Of a stretch of 64,000 bases of DNA, positions 1-13,054 are shown in pieces. The stretch lies in the NCBI GenBank assembly GCA_964187785.1, contig OZ076409.1, positions 16,432,001 through 16,496,000 of the forward strand, in the 5' to 3' direction. Source of the DNA: Amphiscolops sp. MND2022 (lineage: Eukaryota). The notes under the pieces are model-generated. The model was not told the origin of the DNA. It was given only the letters and a program-made list of their open reading frames with translations, and did not search any database. Each line of letters opens with the position of its first letter. Position 1 is the first letter of the stretch. Made by a program: the position numbers and the translations under genes.

Positions 1-158
1 AATTTTGCTTTCTCACACTTTTTCTGGAATATTTTTGTTTCATCAGATGTCAATAACTTGAAACGTCGTCTTTTCATGAGAATTTCTCCTCAAAACAAGT
101 TGTTGGCTGGTAATGGTAAGTCCGTACCGCAGATAGGAGTCTCGCGCTCCAAAAATTG

Positions 159-280
159 ACTCTTTGCTTTTAGCCTAATTGTTGTGATAAACTTATTAAA
201 TAGGTAAGTATTCCAACCCTATTGATAAGTTTTATTTGAAAGCAGACTGCGAAAGTGGTCTGCTGCCCAATTTTTGAACA
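159..280 (+). ncRNA. Putative spliced-leader (SL) RNA gene, first copy; present in every unit (59 uninterrupted, 6 interrupted). 5' and 3' ends approximate.
   Basis: Exon ends at 203 (...AAACTTATTAAATAG), donor GTAAGT at 204-209. Stem-loop I: AAACTTATT 189-197 pairs with GATAAGTTT 224-232 and AATAGG 199-204 pairs with CCTATT 218-223, enclosing the splice site. Stem-loop II: AGCAGACTGC-GAAA-GTGGTCTGCT 241-264. Single-stranded Sm-type site AATTTTTGA at 269-277. SL/5S linkage is a known arrangement. Confidence 0.85.
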
Positions 281-371
281 AGGAACAAGCTAGTCTGCAC
301 TAACTTAAAAGTTACGCGTATTTTGACCGAGAAAATTTTCGTATCATTGTACGTAATTTTGTTGTTAAGCA

Positions 372-377
372 TATAAA
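372..377 (+). promoter_or_regulatory. TATA-like upstream element of the 5S gene (every unit)
   Basis: TATAAA at -27 to -22 relative to the 5S start at 399. Confidence 0.6.
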
Positions 378-398
378 GCTATTGATTTTACAATGATC

Positions 399-517
399 GG
401 CTACGACCATACCATGTTGAATGCACCGGTTCTCGTCCGATCACCGAAGTTAAACAACATAGGGCCTGGTTAGTACTTGGATGGGAGACCGCTTGGGAAC
501 ACCAGGTGTTGTAGCCT
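399..517 (+). rRNA. 5S rRNA
   Basis: GGCTACGACCATACC...TTAGTACTTGGATGGGAGACCGCTTGGGAACACCAGGTGTTGTAGCC; eukaryotic 5S consensus, paired ends, T-run terminator. Confidence 0.98.
448..489 (+). promoter_or_regulatory. 5S internal control region, Pol III type 1 promoter (box A to box C; every unit)
   Basis: AGTTAAAC at 448-455 (box A position) and GGATGGGAGAC at 479-489 (box C). Confidence 0.75.
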
Positions 518-522
518 TTTTT
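517..522 (+). terminator. Pol III oligo-dT terminator of 5S (every unit)
   Basis: T6 run directly after ...GTGTTGTAGCC. Confidence 0.9.
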
Positions 523-527
523 GTCAG

Positions 528-797
528 AAATGTGGTTTAACTTCGGTGACAGTTTTGCAAAAGGGGTCAAATTGAAAAGATAGCACAAAACGGACAACGC
601 CATCAGAAAGAGCGTCCAAAAAAACCCCCATGCTGAAATTTTCGCCGCCATCACTTGAATTTTCATTGAGTTATGTCATTTTTACTATTTTCACAAAATG
701 TGGTTTAACTTCGGTGACAGTTTTGCAAAAGGGGTCAAAATGAACAGATAGCAAAAAACGGACAACGGCATTGGAAAGAGGGCCCAAAATTACCCCT
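528..797 (+). repeat. Two imperfect ~100-bp direct subrepeats in the spacer (about 528-630 and 696-797; every unit)
   Basis: AAATGTGGTTTAACTTCGGTGACAGTTTTGCAAAAGGGGTCAAA... occurs twice, 168 bp apart, and diverges towards the 3' end. Confidence 0.9.
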
Positions 798-1302
798 AAA
801 ACGTGTTTTTCACACTCCTGAGTCGACTTTTGATAATACATGGAATTTCATTTTTAAGCTTACTAATTTATGCTTTTCAGCATACATTTTCGTAATAGAG
901 TCAAAATTTTGCTTTCTCACACTTTTTCTGGAATATTTTTGTTTCATCAGATGTCAATAACTTGAAACGTCGTCTTTTCATGAGAATTTCTCCTCAAAAC
1001 AAGTTGTTGGCTGGTAATGGTAAGTCCGTACCGCAGATAGGAGTCTCGCGCTCCAAAAATTGACTCTTTGCTTTTAGCCTAATTGTTGTGATAAACTTAT
1101 TAAATAGGTAAGTATTCCAACCCTATTGATAAGTTTTATTTGAAAGCAGACTGCGAAAGTGGTCTGCTGCCCAATTTTTGAACAAGGAACAAGCTAGTCT
1201 GCACTAACTTAAAAGTTACGCGTATTTTGACCGAGAAAATTTTCGTATCATTGTACGTAATTTTGTTGTTAAGCATATAAAGCTATTGATTTTACAATGA
1301 TC

Positions 1303-1421
1303 GGCTACGACCATACCATGTTGAATGCACCGGTTCTCGTCCGATCACCGAAGTTAAACAACATAGGGCCTGGTTAGTACTTGGATGGGAGACCGCTTGG
1401 GAACACCAGGTGTTGTAGCCT
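1303..1421 (+). rRNA. 5S rRNA
   Basis: Copy of 399-517. Confidence 0.97.
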
Positions 1422-2206
1422 TTTTTGTCAGAAATGTGGTTTAACTTCGGTGACAGTTTTGCAAAAGGGGTCAAATTGAAAAGATAGCACAAAACGGACA
1501 ACGCCATCAGAAAGAGCGTCCAAAAAAACCCCCATGCTGAAATTTTCGCCGCCATCACTTGAATTTTCATTGAGTTATGTCATTTTTACTATTTTCACAA
1601 AATGTGGTTTAACTTCGGTGACAGTTTTGCAAAAGGGGTCAAAATGAACAGATAGCAAAAAACGGACAACGGCATTGGAAAGAGGGCCCAAAATTACCCC
1701 TAAAACGTGTTTTTCACACTCCTGAGTCGACTTTTGATAATACATGGAATTTCATTTTTAAGCTTACTAATTTATGCTTTTCAGCATACATTTTCGTAAT
1801 AGAGTCAAAATTTTGCTTTCTCACAATTTTTCTGGAATATTTTTGTTTCATCAGATGTCAATAACTTGAAACGTCGTCTTTTCATGAGAATTTCTCCTCA
1901 AAACAAGTTGTTGGCTGGTAATGGTAAGTCCGTACCGCAGATAGGAGTCTCGCGCTCCAAAAATTGACTCTTTGCTTTTAGCCTAATTGTTGTGATAAAC
2001 TTATTAAATAGGTAAGTATTCCAACCCTATTGATAAGTTTTATTTGAAAGCAGACTGCGAAAGTGGTCTGCTGCCCAATTTTTGAACAAGGAACAAGCTA
2101 GTCTGCACTAACTTAAAAGTTACGCGTATTTTGACCGAGAAAATTTTCGTATCATTGTACGTAATTTTGTTGTTAAGCATATAAAGCTATTGATTTTACA
2201 ATGATC

Positions 2207-2325
2207 GGCTACGACCATACCATGTTGAATGCACCGGTTCTCGTCCGATCACCGAAGTTAAACAACATAGGGCCTGGTTAGTACTTGGATGGGAGACCGC
2301 TTGGGAACACCAGGTGTTGTAGCCT
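2207..2325 (+). rRNA. 5S rRNA
   Basis: Copy of 399-517. Confidence 0.97.
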
Positions 2326-3110
2326 TTTTTGTCAGAAATGTGGTTTAACTTCGGTGACAGTTTTGCAAAAGGGGTCAAATTGAAAAGATAGCACAAAACG
2401 GACAACGCCATCAGAAAGAGCGTCCAAAAAAACCCCCATGCTGAAATTTTCGCCGCCATCACTTGAATTTTCATTGAGTTATGTCATTTTTACTATTTTC
2501 ACAAAATGTGGTTTAACTTCGGTGACAGTTTTGCAAAAGGGGTCAAAATGAACAGATAGCAAAAAACGGACAACGGCATTGGAAAGAGGGCCCAAAATTA
2601 CCCCTAAAACGTGTTTTTCACACTCCTGAGTCGACTTTTGATAATACATGGAATTTCATTTTTAAGCTTACTAATTTATGCTTTTCAGCATACATTTTCG
2701 TAATAGAGTCAAAATTTTGCTTTCTCACACTTTTTCTGGAATATTTTTGTTTCATCAGATGTCAATAACTTGAAACGTCGTCTTTTCATGAGAATTTCTC
2801 CTCAAAACAAGTTGTTGGCTGGTAATGGTAAGTCCGTACCGCAGATAGGAGTCTCGCGCTCCAAAAATTGACTCTTTGCTTTTAGCCTAATTGTTGTGAT
2901 AAACTTATTAAATAGGTAAGTATTCCAACCCTATTGATAAGTTTTATTTGAAAGCAGACTGCGAAAGTGGTCTGCTGCCCAATTTTTGAACAAGGAACAA
3001 GCTAGTCTGCACTAACTTAAAAGTTACGCGTATTTTGACCGAGAAAATTTTCGTATCATTGTACGTAATTTTGTTGTTAAGCATATAAAGCTATTGATTT
3101 TACAATGATC

Positions 3111-3229
3111 GGCTACGACCATACCATGTTGAATGCACCGGTTCTCGTCCGATCACCGAAGTTAAACAACATAGGGCCTGGTTAGTACTTGGATGGGAGA
3201 CCGCTTGGGAACACCAGGTGTTGTAGCCT
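3111..3229 (+). rRNA. 5S rRNA
   Basis: Copy of 399-517. Confidence 0.97.
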
Positions 3230-4014
3230 TTTTTGTCAGAAATGTGGTTTAACTTCGGTGACAGTTTTGCAAAAGGGGTCAAATTGAAAAGATAGCACAA
3301 AACGGACAACGCCATCAGAAAGAGCGTCCAAAAAAACCCCCATGCTGAAATTTTCGCCGCCATCACTTGAATTTTCATTGAGTTATGTCATTTTTACTAT
3401 TTTCACAAAATGTGGTTTAACTTCGGTGACAGTTTTGCAAAAGGGGTCAAAATGAACAGATAGCAAAAAACGGACAACGGCATTGGAAAGAGGGCCCAAA
3501 ATTACCCCTAAAACGTGTTTTTCACACTCCTGAGTCGACTTTTGATAATACATGGAATTTCATTTTTAAGCTTACTAATTTATGCTTTTCAGCATACATT
3601 TTCGTAATAGAGTCAAAATTTTGCTTTCTCACACTTTTTCTGGAATATTTTTGTTTCATCAGATGTCAATAACTTGAAACGTCGTCTTTTCATGAGAATT
3701 TCTCCTCAAAACAAGTTGTTGGCTGGTAATGGTAAGTCCGTACCGCAGATAGGAGTCTCGCGCTCCAAAAATTGACTCTTTGCTTTTAGCCTAATTGTTG
3801 TGATAAACTTATTAAATAGGTAAGTATTCCAACCCTATTGATAAGTTTTATTTGAAAGCAGACTGCGAAAGTGGTCTGCTGCCCAATTTTTGAACAAGGA
3901 ACAAGCTAGTCTGCACTAACTTAAAAGTTACGCGTATTTTGACCGAGAAAATTTTCGTATCATTGTACGTAATTTTGTTGTTAAGCATATAAAGCTATTG
4001 ATTTTACAATGATC

Positions 4015-4133
4015 GGCTACGACCATACCATGTTGAATGCACCGGTTCTCGTCCGATCACCGAAGTTAAACAACATAGGGCCTGGTTAGTACTTGGATGG
4101 GAGACCGCTTGGGAACACCAGGTGTTGTAGCCT
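4015..4133 (+). rRNA. 5S rRNA
   Basis: Copy of 399-517. Confidence 0.97.
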
Positions 4134-4918
4134 TTTTTGTCAGAAATGTGGTTTAACTTCGGTGACAGTTTTGCAAAAGGGGTCAAATTGAAAAGATAGC
4201 ACAAAACGGACAACGCCATCAGAAAGAGCGTCCAAAAAAACCCCCATGCTGAAATTTTCGCCGCCATCACTTGAATTTTCATTGAGTTATGTCATTTTTA
4301 CTATTTTCACAAAATGTGGTTTAACTTCGGTGACAGTTTTGCAAAAGGGGTCAAAATGAACAGATAGCAAAAAACGGACAACGGCATTGGAAAGAGGGCC
4401 CAAAATTACCCCTAAAACGTGTTTTTCACACTCCTGAGTCGACTTTTGATAATACATGGAATTTCATTTTTAAGCTTACTAATTTATGCTTTTCAGCATA
4501 CATTTTCGTAATAGAGTCAAAATTTTGCTTTCTCACAATTTTTCTGGAATATTTTTGTTTCATCAGATGTCAATAACTTGAAACGTCGTCTTTTCATGAG
4601 AATTTCTCCTCAAAACAAGTTGTTGGCTGGTAATGGTAAGTCCGTACCGCAGATAGGAGTCTCGCGCTCCAAAAATTGACTCTTTGCTTTTAGCCTAATT
4701 GTTGTGATAAACTTATTAAATAGGTAAGTATTCCAACCCTATTGATAAGTTTTATTTGAAAGCAGACTGCGAAAGTGGTCTGCTGCCCAATTTTTGAACA
4801 AGGAACAAGCTAGTCTGCACTAACTTAAAAGTTACGCGTATTTTGACCGAGAAAATTTTCGTATCATTGTACGTAATTTTGTTGTTAAGCATATAAAGCT
4901 ATTGATTTTACAATGATC

Positions 4919-5037
4919 GGCTACGACCATACCATGTTGAATGCACCGGTTCTCGTCCGATCACCGAAGTTAAACAACATAGGGCCTGGTTAGTACTTGG
5001 ATGGGAGACCGCTTGGGAACACCAGGTGTTGTAGCCT
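4919..5037 (+). rRNA. 5S rRNA
   Basis: Copy of 399-517. Confidence 0.97.
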
Positions 5038-5822
5038 TTTTTGTCAGAAATGTGGTTTAACTTCGGTGACAGTTTTGCAAAAGGGGTCAAATTGAAAAGA
5101 TAGCACAAAACGGACAACGCCATCAGAAAGAGCGTCCAAAAAAACCCCCATGCTGAAATTTTCGCCGCCATCACTTGAATTTTCATTGAGTTATGTCATT
5201 TTTACTATTTTCACAAAATGTGGTTTAACTTCGGTGACAGTTTTGCAAAAGGGGTCAAAATGAACAGATAGCAAAAAACGGACAACGGCATTGGAAAGAG
5301 GGCCCAAAATTACCCCTAAAACGTGTTTTTCACACTCCTGAGTCGACTTTTGATAATACATGGAATTTCATTTTTAAGCTTACTAATTTATGCTTTTCAG
5401 CATACATTTTCGTAATAGAGTCAAAATTTTGCTTTCTCACAATTTTTCTGGAATATTTTTGTTTCATCAGATGTCAATAACTTGAAACGTCGTCTTTTCA
5501 TGAGAATTTCTCCTCAAAACAAGTTGTTGGCTGGTAATGGTAAGTCCGTACCGCAGATAGGAGTCTCGCGCTCCAAAAATTGACTCTTTGCTTTTAGCCT
5601 AATTGTTGTGATAAACTTATTAAATAGGTAAGTATTCCAACCCTATTGATAAGTTTTATTTGAAAGCAGACTGCGAAAGTGGTCTGCTGCCCAATTTTTG
5701 AACAAGGAACAAGCTAGTCTGCACTAACTTAAAAGTTACGCGTATTTTGACCGAGAAAATTTTCGTATCATTGTACGTAATTTTGTTGTTAAGCATATAA
5801 AGCTATTGATTTTACAATGATC

Positions 5823-5941
5823 GGCTACGACCATACCATGTTGAATGCACCGGTTCTCGTCCGATCACCGAAGTTAAACAACATAGGGCCTGGTTAGTAC
5901 TTGGATGGGAGACCGCTTGGGAACACCAGGTGTTGTAGCCT
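5823..5941 (+). rRNA. 5S rRNA
   Basis: Copy of 399-517. Confidence 0.97.
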
Positions 5942-6726
5942 TTTTTGTCAGAAATGTGGTTTAACTTCGGTGACAGTTTTGCAAAAGGGGTCAAATTGAA
6001 AAGATAGCACAAAACGGACAACGCCATCAGAAAGAGCGTCCAAAAAAACCCCCATGCTGAAATTTTCGCCGCCATCACTTGAATTTTCATTGAGTTATGT
6101 CATTTTTACTATTTTCACAAAATGTGGTTTAACTTCGGTGACAGTTTTGCAAAAGGGGTCAAAATGAACAGATAGCAAAAAACGGACAACGGCATTGGAA
6201 AGAGGGCCCAAAATTACCCCTAAAACGTGTTTTTCACACTCCTGAGTCGACTTTTGATAATACATGGAATTTCATTTTTAAGCTTACTAATTTATGCTTT
6301 TCAGCATACATTTTCGTAATAGAGTCAAAATTTTGCTTTCTCACAATTTTTCTGGAATATTTTTGTTTCATCAGATGTCAATAACTTGAAACGTCGTCTT
6401 TTCATGAGAATTTCTCCTCAAAACAAGTTGTTGGCTGGTAATGGTAAGTCCGTACCGCAGATAGGAGTCTCGCGCTCCAAAAATTGACTCTTTGCTTTTA
6501 GCCTAATTGTTGTGATAAACTTATTAAATAGGTAAGTATTCCAACCCTATTGATAAGTTTTATTTGAAAGCAGACTGCGAAAGTGGTCTGCTGCCCAATT
6601 TTTGAACAAGGAACAAGCTAGTCTGCACTAACTTAAAAGTTACGCGTATTTTGACCGAGAAAATTTTCGTATCATTGTACGTAATTTTGTTGTTAAGCAT
6701 ATAAAGCTATTGATTTTACAATGATC

Positions 6727-6845
6727 GGCTACGACCATACCATGTTGAATGCACCGGTTCTCGTCCGATCACCGAAGTTAAACAACATAGGGCCTGGTTA
6801 GTACTTGGATGGGAGACCGCTTGGGAACACCAGGTGTTGTAGCCT
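6727..6845 (+). rRNA. 5S rRNA
   Basis: Copy of 399-517. Confidence 0.97.
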
Positions 6846-7630
6846 TTTTTGTCAGAAATGTGGTTTAACTTCGGTGACAGTTTTGCAAAAGGGGTCAAAT
6901 TGAAAAGATAGCACAAAACGGACAACGCCATCAGAAAGAGCGTCCAAAAAAACCCCCATGCTGAAATTTTCGCCGCCATCACTTGAATTTTCATTGAGTT
7001 ATGTCATTTTTACTATTTTCACAAAATGTGGTTTAACTTCGGTGACAGTTTTGCAAAAGGGGTCAAAATGAACAGATAGCAAAAAACGGACAACGGCATT
7101 GGAAAGAGGGCCCAAAATTACCCCTAAAACGTGTTTTTCACACTCCTGAGTCGACTTTTGATAATACATGGAATTTCATTTTTAAGCTTACTAATTTATG
7201 CTTTTCAGCATACATTTTCGTAATAGAGTCAAAATTTTGCTTTCTCACAATTTTTCTGGAATATTTTTGTTTCATCAGATGTCAATAACTTGAAACGTCG
7301 TCTTTTCATGAGAATTTCTCCTCAAAACAAGTTGTTGGCTGGTAATGGTAAGTCCGTACCGCAGATAGGAGTCTCGCGCTCCAAAAATTGACTCTTTGCT
7401 TTTAGCCTAATTGTTGTGATAAACTTATTAAATAGGTAAGTATTCCAACCCTATTGATAAGTTTTATTTGAAAGCAGACTGCGAAAGTGGTCTGCTGCCC
7501 AATTTTTGAACAAGGAACAAGCTAGTCTGCACTAACTTAAAAGTTACGCGTATTTTGACCGAGAAAATTTTCGTATCATTGTACGTAATTTTGTTGTTAA
7601 GCATATAAAGCTATTGATTTTACAATGATC

Positions 7631-7749
7631 GGCTACGACCATACCATGTTGAATGCACCGGTTCTCGTCCGATCACCGAAGTTAAACAACATAGGGCCTG
7701 GTTAGTACTTGGATGGGAGACCGCTTGGGAACACCAGGTGTTGTAGCCT
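7631..7749 (+). rRNA. 5S rRNA
   Basis: Copy of 399-517. Confidence 0.97.
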
Positions 7750-8534
7750 TTTTTGTCAGAAATGTGGTTTAACTTCGGTGACAGTTTTGCAAAAGGGGTC
7801 AAATTGAAAAGATAGCACAAAACGGACAACGCCATCAGAAAGAGCGTCCAAAAAAACCCCCATGCTGAAATTTTCGCCGCCATCACTTGAATTTTCATTG
7901 AGTTATGTCATTTTTACTATTTTCACAAAATGTGGTTTAACTTCGGTGACAGTTTTGCAAAAGGGGTCAAAATGAACAGATAGCAAAAAACGGACAACGG
8001 CATTGGAAAGAGGGCCCAAAATTACCCCTAAAACGTGTTTTTCACACTCCTGAGTCGACTTTTGATAATACATGGAATTTCATTTTTAAGCTTACTAATT
8101 TATGCTTTTCAGCATACATTTTCGTAATAGAGTCAAAATTTTGCTTTCTCACACTTTTTCTGGAATATTTTTGTTTCATCAGATGTCAATAACTTGAAAC
8201 GTCGTCTTTTCATGAGAATTTCTCCTCAAAACAAGTTGTTGGCTGGTAATGGTAAGTCCGTACCGCAGATAGGAGTCTCGCGCTCCAAAAATTGACTCTT
8301 TGCTTTTAGCCTAATTGTTGTGATAAACTTATTAAATAGGTAAGTATTCCAACCCTATTGATAAGTTTTATTTGAAAGCAGACTGCGAAAGTGGTCTGCT
8401 GCCCAATTTTTGAACAAGGAACAAGCTAGTCTGCACTAACTTAAAAGTTACGCGTATTTTGACCGAGAAAATTTTCGTATCATTGTACGTAATTTTGTTG
8501 TTAAGCATATAAAGCTATTGATTTTACAATGATC

Positions 8535-8653
8535 GGCTACGACCATACCATGTTGAATGCACCGGTTCTCGTCCGATCACCGAAGTTAAACAACATAGGG
8601 CCTGGTTAGTACTTGGATGGGAGACCGCTTGGGAACACCAGGTGTTGTAGCCT
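8535..8653 (+). rRNA. 5S rRNA
   Basis: Copy of 399-517. Confidence 0.97.
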
Positions 8654-9438
8654 TTTTTGTCAGAAATGTGGTTTAACTTCGGTGACAGTTTTGCAAAAGG
8701 GGTCAAATTGAAAAGATAGCACAAAACGGACAACGCCATCAGAAAGAGCGTCCAAAAAAACCCCCATGCTGAAATTTTCGCCGCCATCACTTGAATTTTC
8801 ATTGAGTTATGTCATTTTTACTATTTTCACAAAATGTGGTTTAACTTCGGTGACAGTTTTGCAAAAGGGGTCAAAATGAACAGATAGCAAAAAACGGACA
8901 ACGGCATTGGAAAGAGGGCCCAAAATTACCCCTAAAACGTGTTTTTCACACTCCTGAGTCGACTTTTGATAATACATGGAATTTCATTTTTAAGCTTACT
9001 AATTTATGCTTTTCAGCATACATTTTCGTAATAGAGTCAAAATTTTGCTTTCTCACAATTTTTCTGGAATATTTTTGTTTCATCAGATGTCAATAACTTG
9101 AAACGTCGTCTTTTCATGAGAATTTCTCCTCAAAACAAGTTGTTGGCTGGTAATGGTAAGTCCGTACCGCAGATAGGAGTCTCGCGCTCCAAAAATTGAC
9201 TCTTTGCTTTTAGCCTAATTGTTGTGATAAACTTATTAAATAGGTAAGTATTCCAACCCTATTGATAAGTTTTATTTGAAAGCAGACTGCGAAAGTGGTC
9301 TGCTGCCCAATTTTTGAACAAGGAACAAGCTAGTCTGCACTAACTTAAAAGTTACGCGTATTTTGACCGAGAAAATTTTCGTATCATTGTACGTAATTTT
9401 GTTGTTAAGCATATAAAGCTATTGATTTTACAATGATC

Positions 9439-9557
9439 GGCTACGACCATACCATGTTGAATGCACCGGTTCTCGTCCGATCACCGAAGTTAAACAACAT
9501 AGGGCCTGGTTAGTACTTGGATGGGAGACCGCTTGGGAACACCAGGTGTTGTAGCCT
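9439..9557 (+). rRNA. 5S rRNA
   Basis: Copy of 399-517. Confidence 0.97.
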
Positions 9558-10342
9558 TTTTTGTCAGAAATGTGGTTTAACTTCGGTGACAGTTTTGCAA
9601 AAGGGGTCAAATTGAAAAGATAGCACAAAACGGACAACGCCATCAGAAAGAGCGTCCAAAAAAACCCCCATGCTGAAATTTTCGCCGCCATCACTTGAAT
9701 TTTCATTGAGTTATGTCATTTTTACTATTTTCACAAAATGTGGTTTAACTTCGGTGACAGTTTTGCAAAAGGGGTCAAAATGAACAGATAGCAAAAAACG
9801 GACAACGGCATTGGAAAGAGGGCCCAAAATTACCCCTAAAACGTGTTTTTCACACTCCTGAGTCGACTTTTGATAATACATGGAATTTCATTTTTAAGCT
9901 TACTAATTTATGCTTTTCAGCATACATTTTCGTAATAGAGTCAAAATTTTGCTTTCTCACACTTTTTCTGGAATATTTTTGTTTCATCAGATGTCAATAA
10001 CTTGAAACGTCGTCTTTTCATGAGAATTTCTCCTCAAAACAAGTTGTTGGCTGGTAATGGTAAGTCCGTACCGCAGATAGGAGTCTCGCGCTCCAAAAAT
10101 TGACTCTTTGCTTTTAGCCTAATTGTTGTGATAAACTTATTAAATAGGTAAGTATTCCAACCCTATTGATAAGTTTTATTTGAAAGCAGACTGCGAAAGT
10201 GGTCTGCTGCCCAATTTTTGAACAAGGAACAAGCTAGTCTGCACTAACTTAAAAGTTACGCGTATTTTGACCGAGAAAATTTTCGTATCATTGTACGTAA
10301 TTTTGTTGTTAAGCATATAAAGCTATTGATTTTACAATGATC

Positions 10343-10461
10343 GGCTACGACCATACCATGTTGAATGCACCGGTTCTCGTCCGATCACCGAAGTTAAACA
10401 ACATAGGGCCTGGTTAGTACTTGGATGGGAGACCGCTTGGGAACACCAGGTGTTGTAGCCT
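10343..10461 (+). rRNA. 5S rRNA
   Basis: Copy of 399-517. Confidence 0.97.
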
Positions 10462-11246
10462 TTTTTGTCAGAAATGTGGTTTAACTTCGGTGACAGTTTT
10501 GCAAAAGGGGTCAAATTGAAAAGATAGCACAAAACGGACAACGCCATCAGAAAGAGCGTCCAAAAAAACCCCCATGCTGAAATTTTCGCCGCCATCACTT
10601 GAATTTTCATTGAGTTATGTCATTTTTACTATTTTCACAAAATGTGGTTTAACTTCGGTGACAGTTTTGCAAAAGGGGTCAAAATGAACAGATAGCAAAA
10701 AACGGACAACGGCATTGGAAAGAGGGCCCAAAATTACCCCTAAAACGTGTTTTTCACACTCCTGAGTCGACTTTTGATAATACATGGAATTTCATTTTTA
10801 AGCTTACTAATTTATGCTTTTCAGCATACATTTTCGTAATAGAGTCAAAATTTTGCTTTCTCACAATTTTTCTGGAATATTTTTGTTTCATCAGATGTCA
10901 ATAACTTGAAACGTCGTCTTTTCATGAGAATTTCTCCTCAAAACAAGTTGTTGGCTGGTAATGGTAAGTCCGTACCGCAGATAGGAGTCTCGCGCTCCAA
11001 AAATTGACTCTTTGCTTTTAGCCTAATTGTTGTGATAAACTTATTAAATAGGTAAGTATTCCAACCCTATTGATAAGTTTTATTTGAAAGCAGACTGCGA
11101 AAGTGGTCTGCTGCCCAATTTTTGAACAAGGAACAAGCTAGTCTGCACTAACTTAAAAGTTACGCGTATTTTGACCGAGAAAATTTTCGTATCATTGTAC
11201 GTAATTTTGTTGTTAAGCATATAAAGCTATTGATTTTACAATGATC

Positions 11247-11365
11247 GGCTACGACCATACCATGTTGAATGCACCGGTTCTCGTCCGATCACCGAAGTTA
11301 AACAACATAGGGCCTGGTTAGTACTTGGATGGGAGACCGCTTGGGAACACCAGGTGTTGTAGCCT
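11247..11365 (+). rRNA. 5S rRNA
   Basis: Copy of 399-517. Confidence 0.97.
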
Positions 11366-12150
11366 TTTTTGTCAGAAATGTGGTTTAACTTCGGTGACAG
11401 TTTTGCAAAAGGGGTCAAATTGAAAAGATAGCACAAAACGGACAACGCCATCAGAAAGAGCGTCCAAAAAAACCCCCATGCTGAAATTTTCGCCGCCATC
11501 ACTTGAATTTTCATTGAGTTATGTCATTTTTACTATTTTCACAAAATGTGGTTTAACTTCGGTGACAGTTTTGCAAAAGGGGTCAAAATGAACAGATAGC
11601 AAAAAACGGACAACGGCATTGGAAAGAGGGCCCAAAATTACCCCTAAAACGTGTTTTTCACACTCCTGAGTCGACTTTTGATAATACATGGAATTTCATT
11701 TTTAAGCTTACTAATTTATGCTTTTCAGCATACATTTTCGTAATAGAGTCAAAATTTTGCTTTCTCACAATTTTTCTGGAATATTTTTGTTTCATCAGAT
11801 GTCAATAACTTGAAACGTCGTCTTTTCATGAGAATTTCTCCTCAAAACAAGTTGTTGGCTGGTAATGGTAAGTCCGTACCGCAGATAGGAGTCTCGCGCT
11901 CCAAAAATTGACTCTTTGCTTTTAGCCTAATTGTTGTGATAAACTTATTAAATAGGTAAGTATTCCAACCCTATTGATAAGTTTTATTTGAAAGCAGACT
12001 GCGAAAGTGGTCTGCTGCCCAATTTTTGAACAAGGAACAAGCTAGTCTGCACTAACTTAAAAGTTACGCGTATTTTGACCGAGAAAATTTTCGTATCATT
12101 GTACGTAATTTTGTTGTTAAGCATATAAAGCTATTGATTTTACAATGATC

Positions 12151-12269
12151 GGCTACGACCATACCATGTTGAATGCACCGGTTCTCGTCCGATCACCGAA
12201 GTTAAACAACATAGGGCCTGGTTAGTACTTGGATGGGAGACCGCTTGGGAACACCAGGTGTTGTAGCCT
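12151..12269 (+). rRNA. 5S rRNA
   Basis: Copy of 399-517. Confidence 0.97.
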
Positions 12270-13054
12270 TTTTTGTCAGAAATGTGGTTTAACTTCGGTG
12301 ACAGTTTTGCAAAAGGGGTCAAATTGAAAAGATAGCACAAAACGGACAACGCCATCAGAAAGAGCGTCCAAAAAAACCCCCATGCTGAAATTTTCGCCGC
12401 CATCACTTGAATTTTCATTGAGTTATGTCATTTTTACTATTTTCACAAAATGTGGTTTAACTTCGGTGACAGTTTTGCAAAAGGGGTCAAAATGAACAGA
12501 TAGCAAAAAACGGACAACGGCATTGGAAAGAGGGCCCAAAATTACCCCTAAAACGTGTTTTTCACACTCCTGAGTCGACTTTTGATAATACATGGAATTT
12601 CATTTTTAAGCTTACTAATTTATGCTTTTCAGCATACATTTTCGTAATAGAGTCAAAATTTTGCTTTCTCACAATTTTTCTGGAATATTTTTGTTTCATC
12701 AGATGTCAATAACTTGAAACGTCGTCTTTTCATGAGAATTTCTCCTCAAAACAAGTTGTTGGCTGGTAATGGTAAGTCCGTACCGCAGATAGGAGTCTCG
12801 CGCTCCAAAAATTGACTCTTTGCTTTTAGCCTAATTGTTGTGATAAACTTATTAAATAGGTAAGTATTCCAACCCTATTGATAAGTTTTATTTGAAAGCA
12901 GACTGCGAAAGTGGTCTGCTGCCCAATTTTTGAACAAGGAACAAGCTAGTCTGCACTAACTTAAAAGTTACGCGTATTTTGACCGAGAAAATTTTCGTAT
13001 CATTGTACGTAATTTTGTTGTTAAGCATATAAAGCTATTGATTTTACAATGATC

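Noticed and set aside
112..125. Second GGTAAGT donor-like motif upstream of the putative SL exon
   Set aside because: No enclosing hairpin seen and neither element inserts there; it may lie in the SL promoter region, but no promoter consensus can be supported.
534..560. GGTTTAA in the spacer subrepeats, resembling the start of nematode SL1
   Set aside because: No splice donor or Sm site follows; better explained as part of the inverted 5S box A match.
388..666. 92-aa minus-strand ORF repeated in all 65 units
   Set aside because: It is antisense to the 5S rRNA gene and spacer; identity between copies reflects array homogenisation, and there is no recognisable protein motif.
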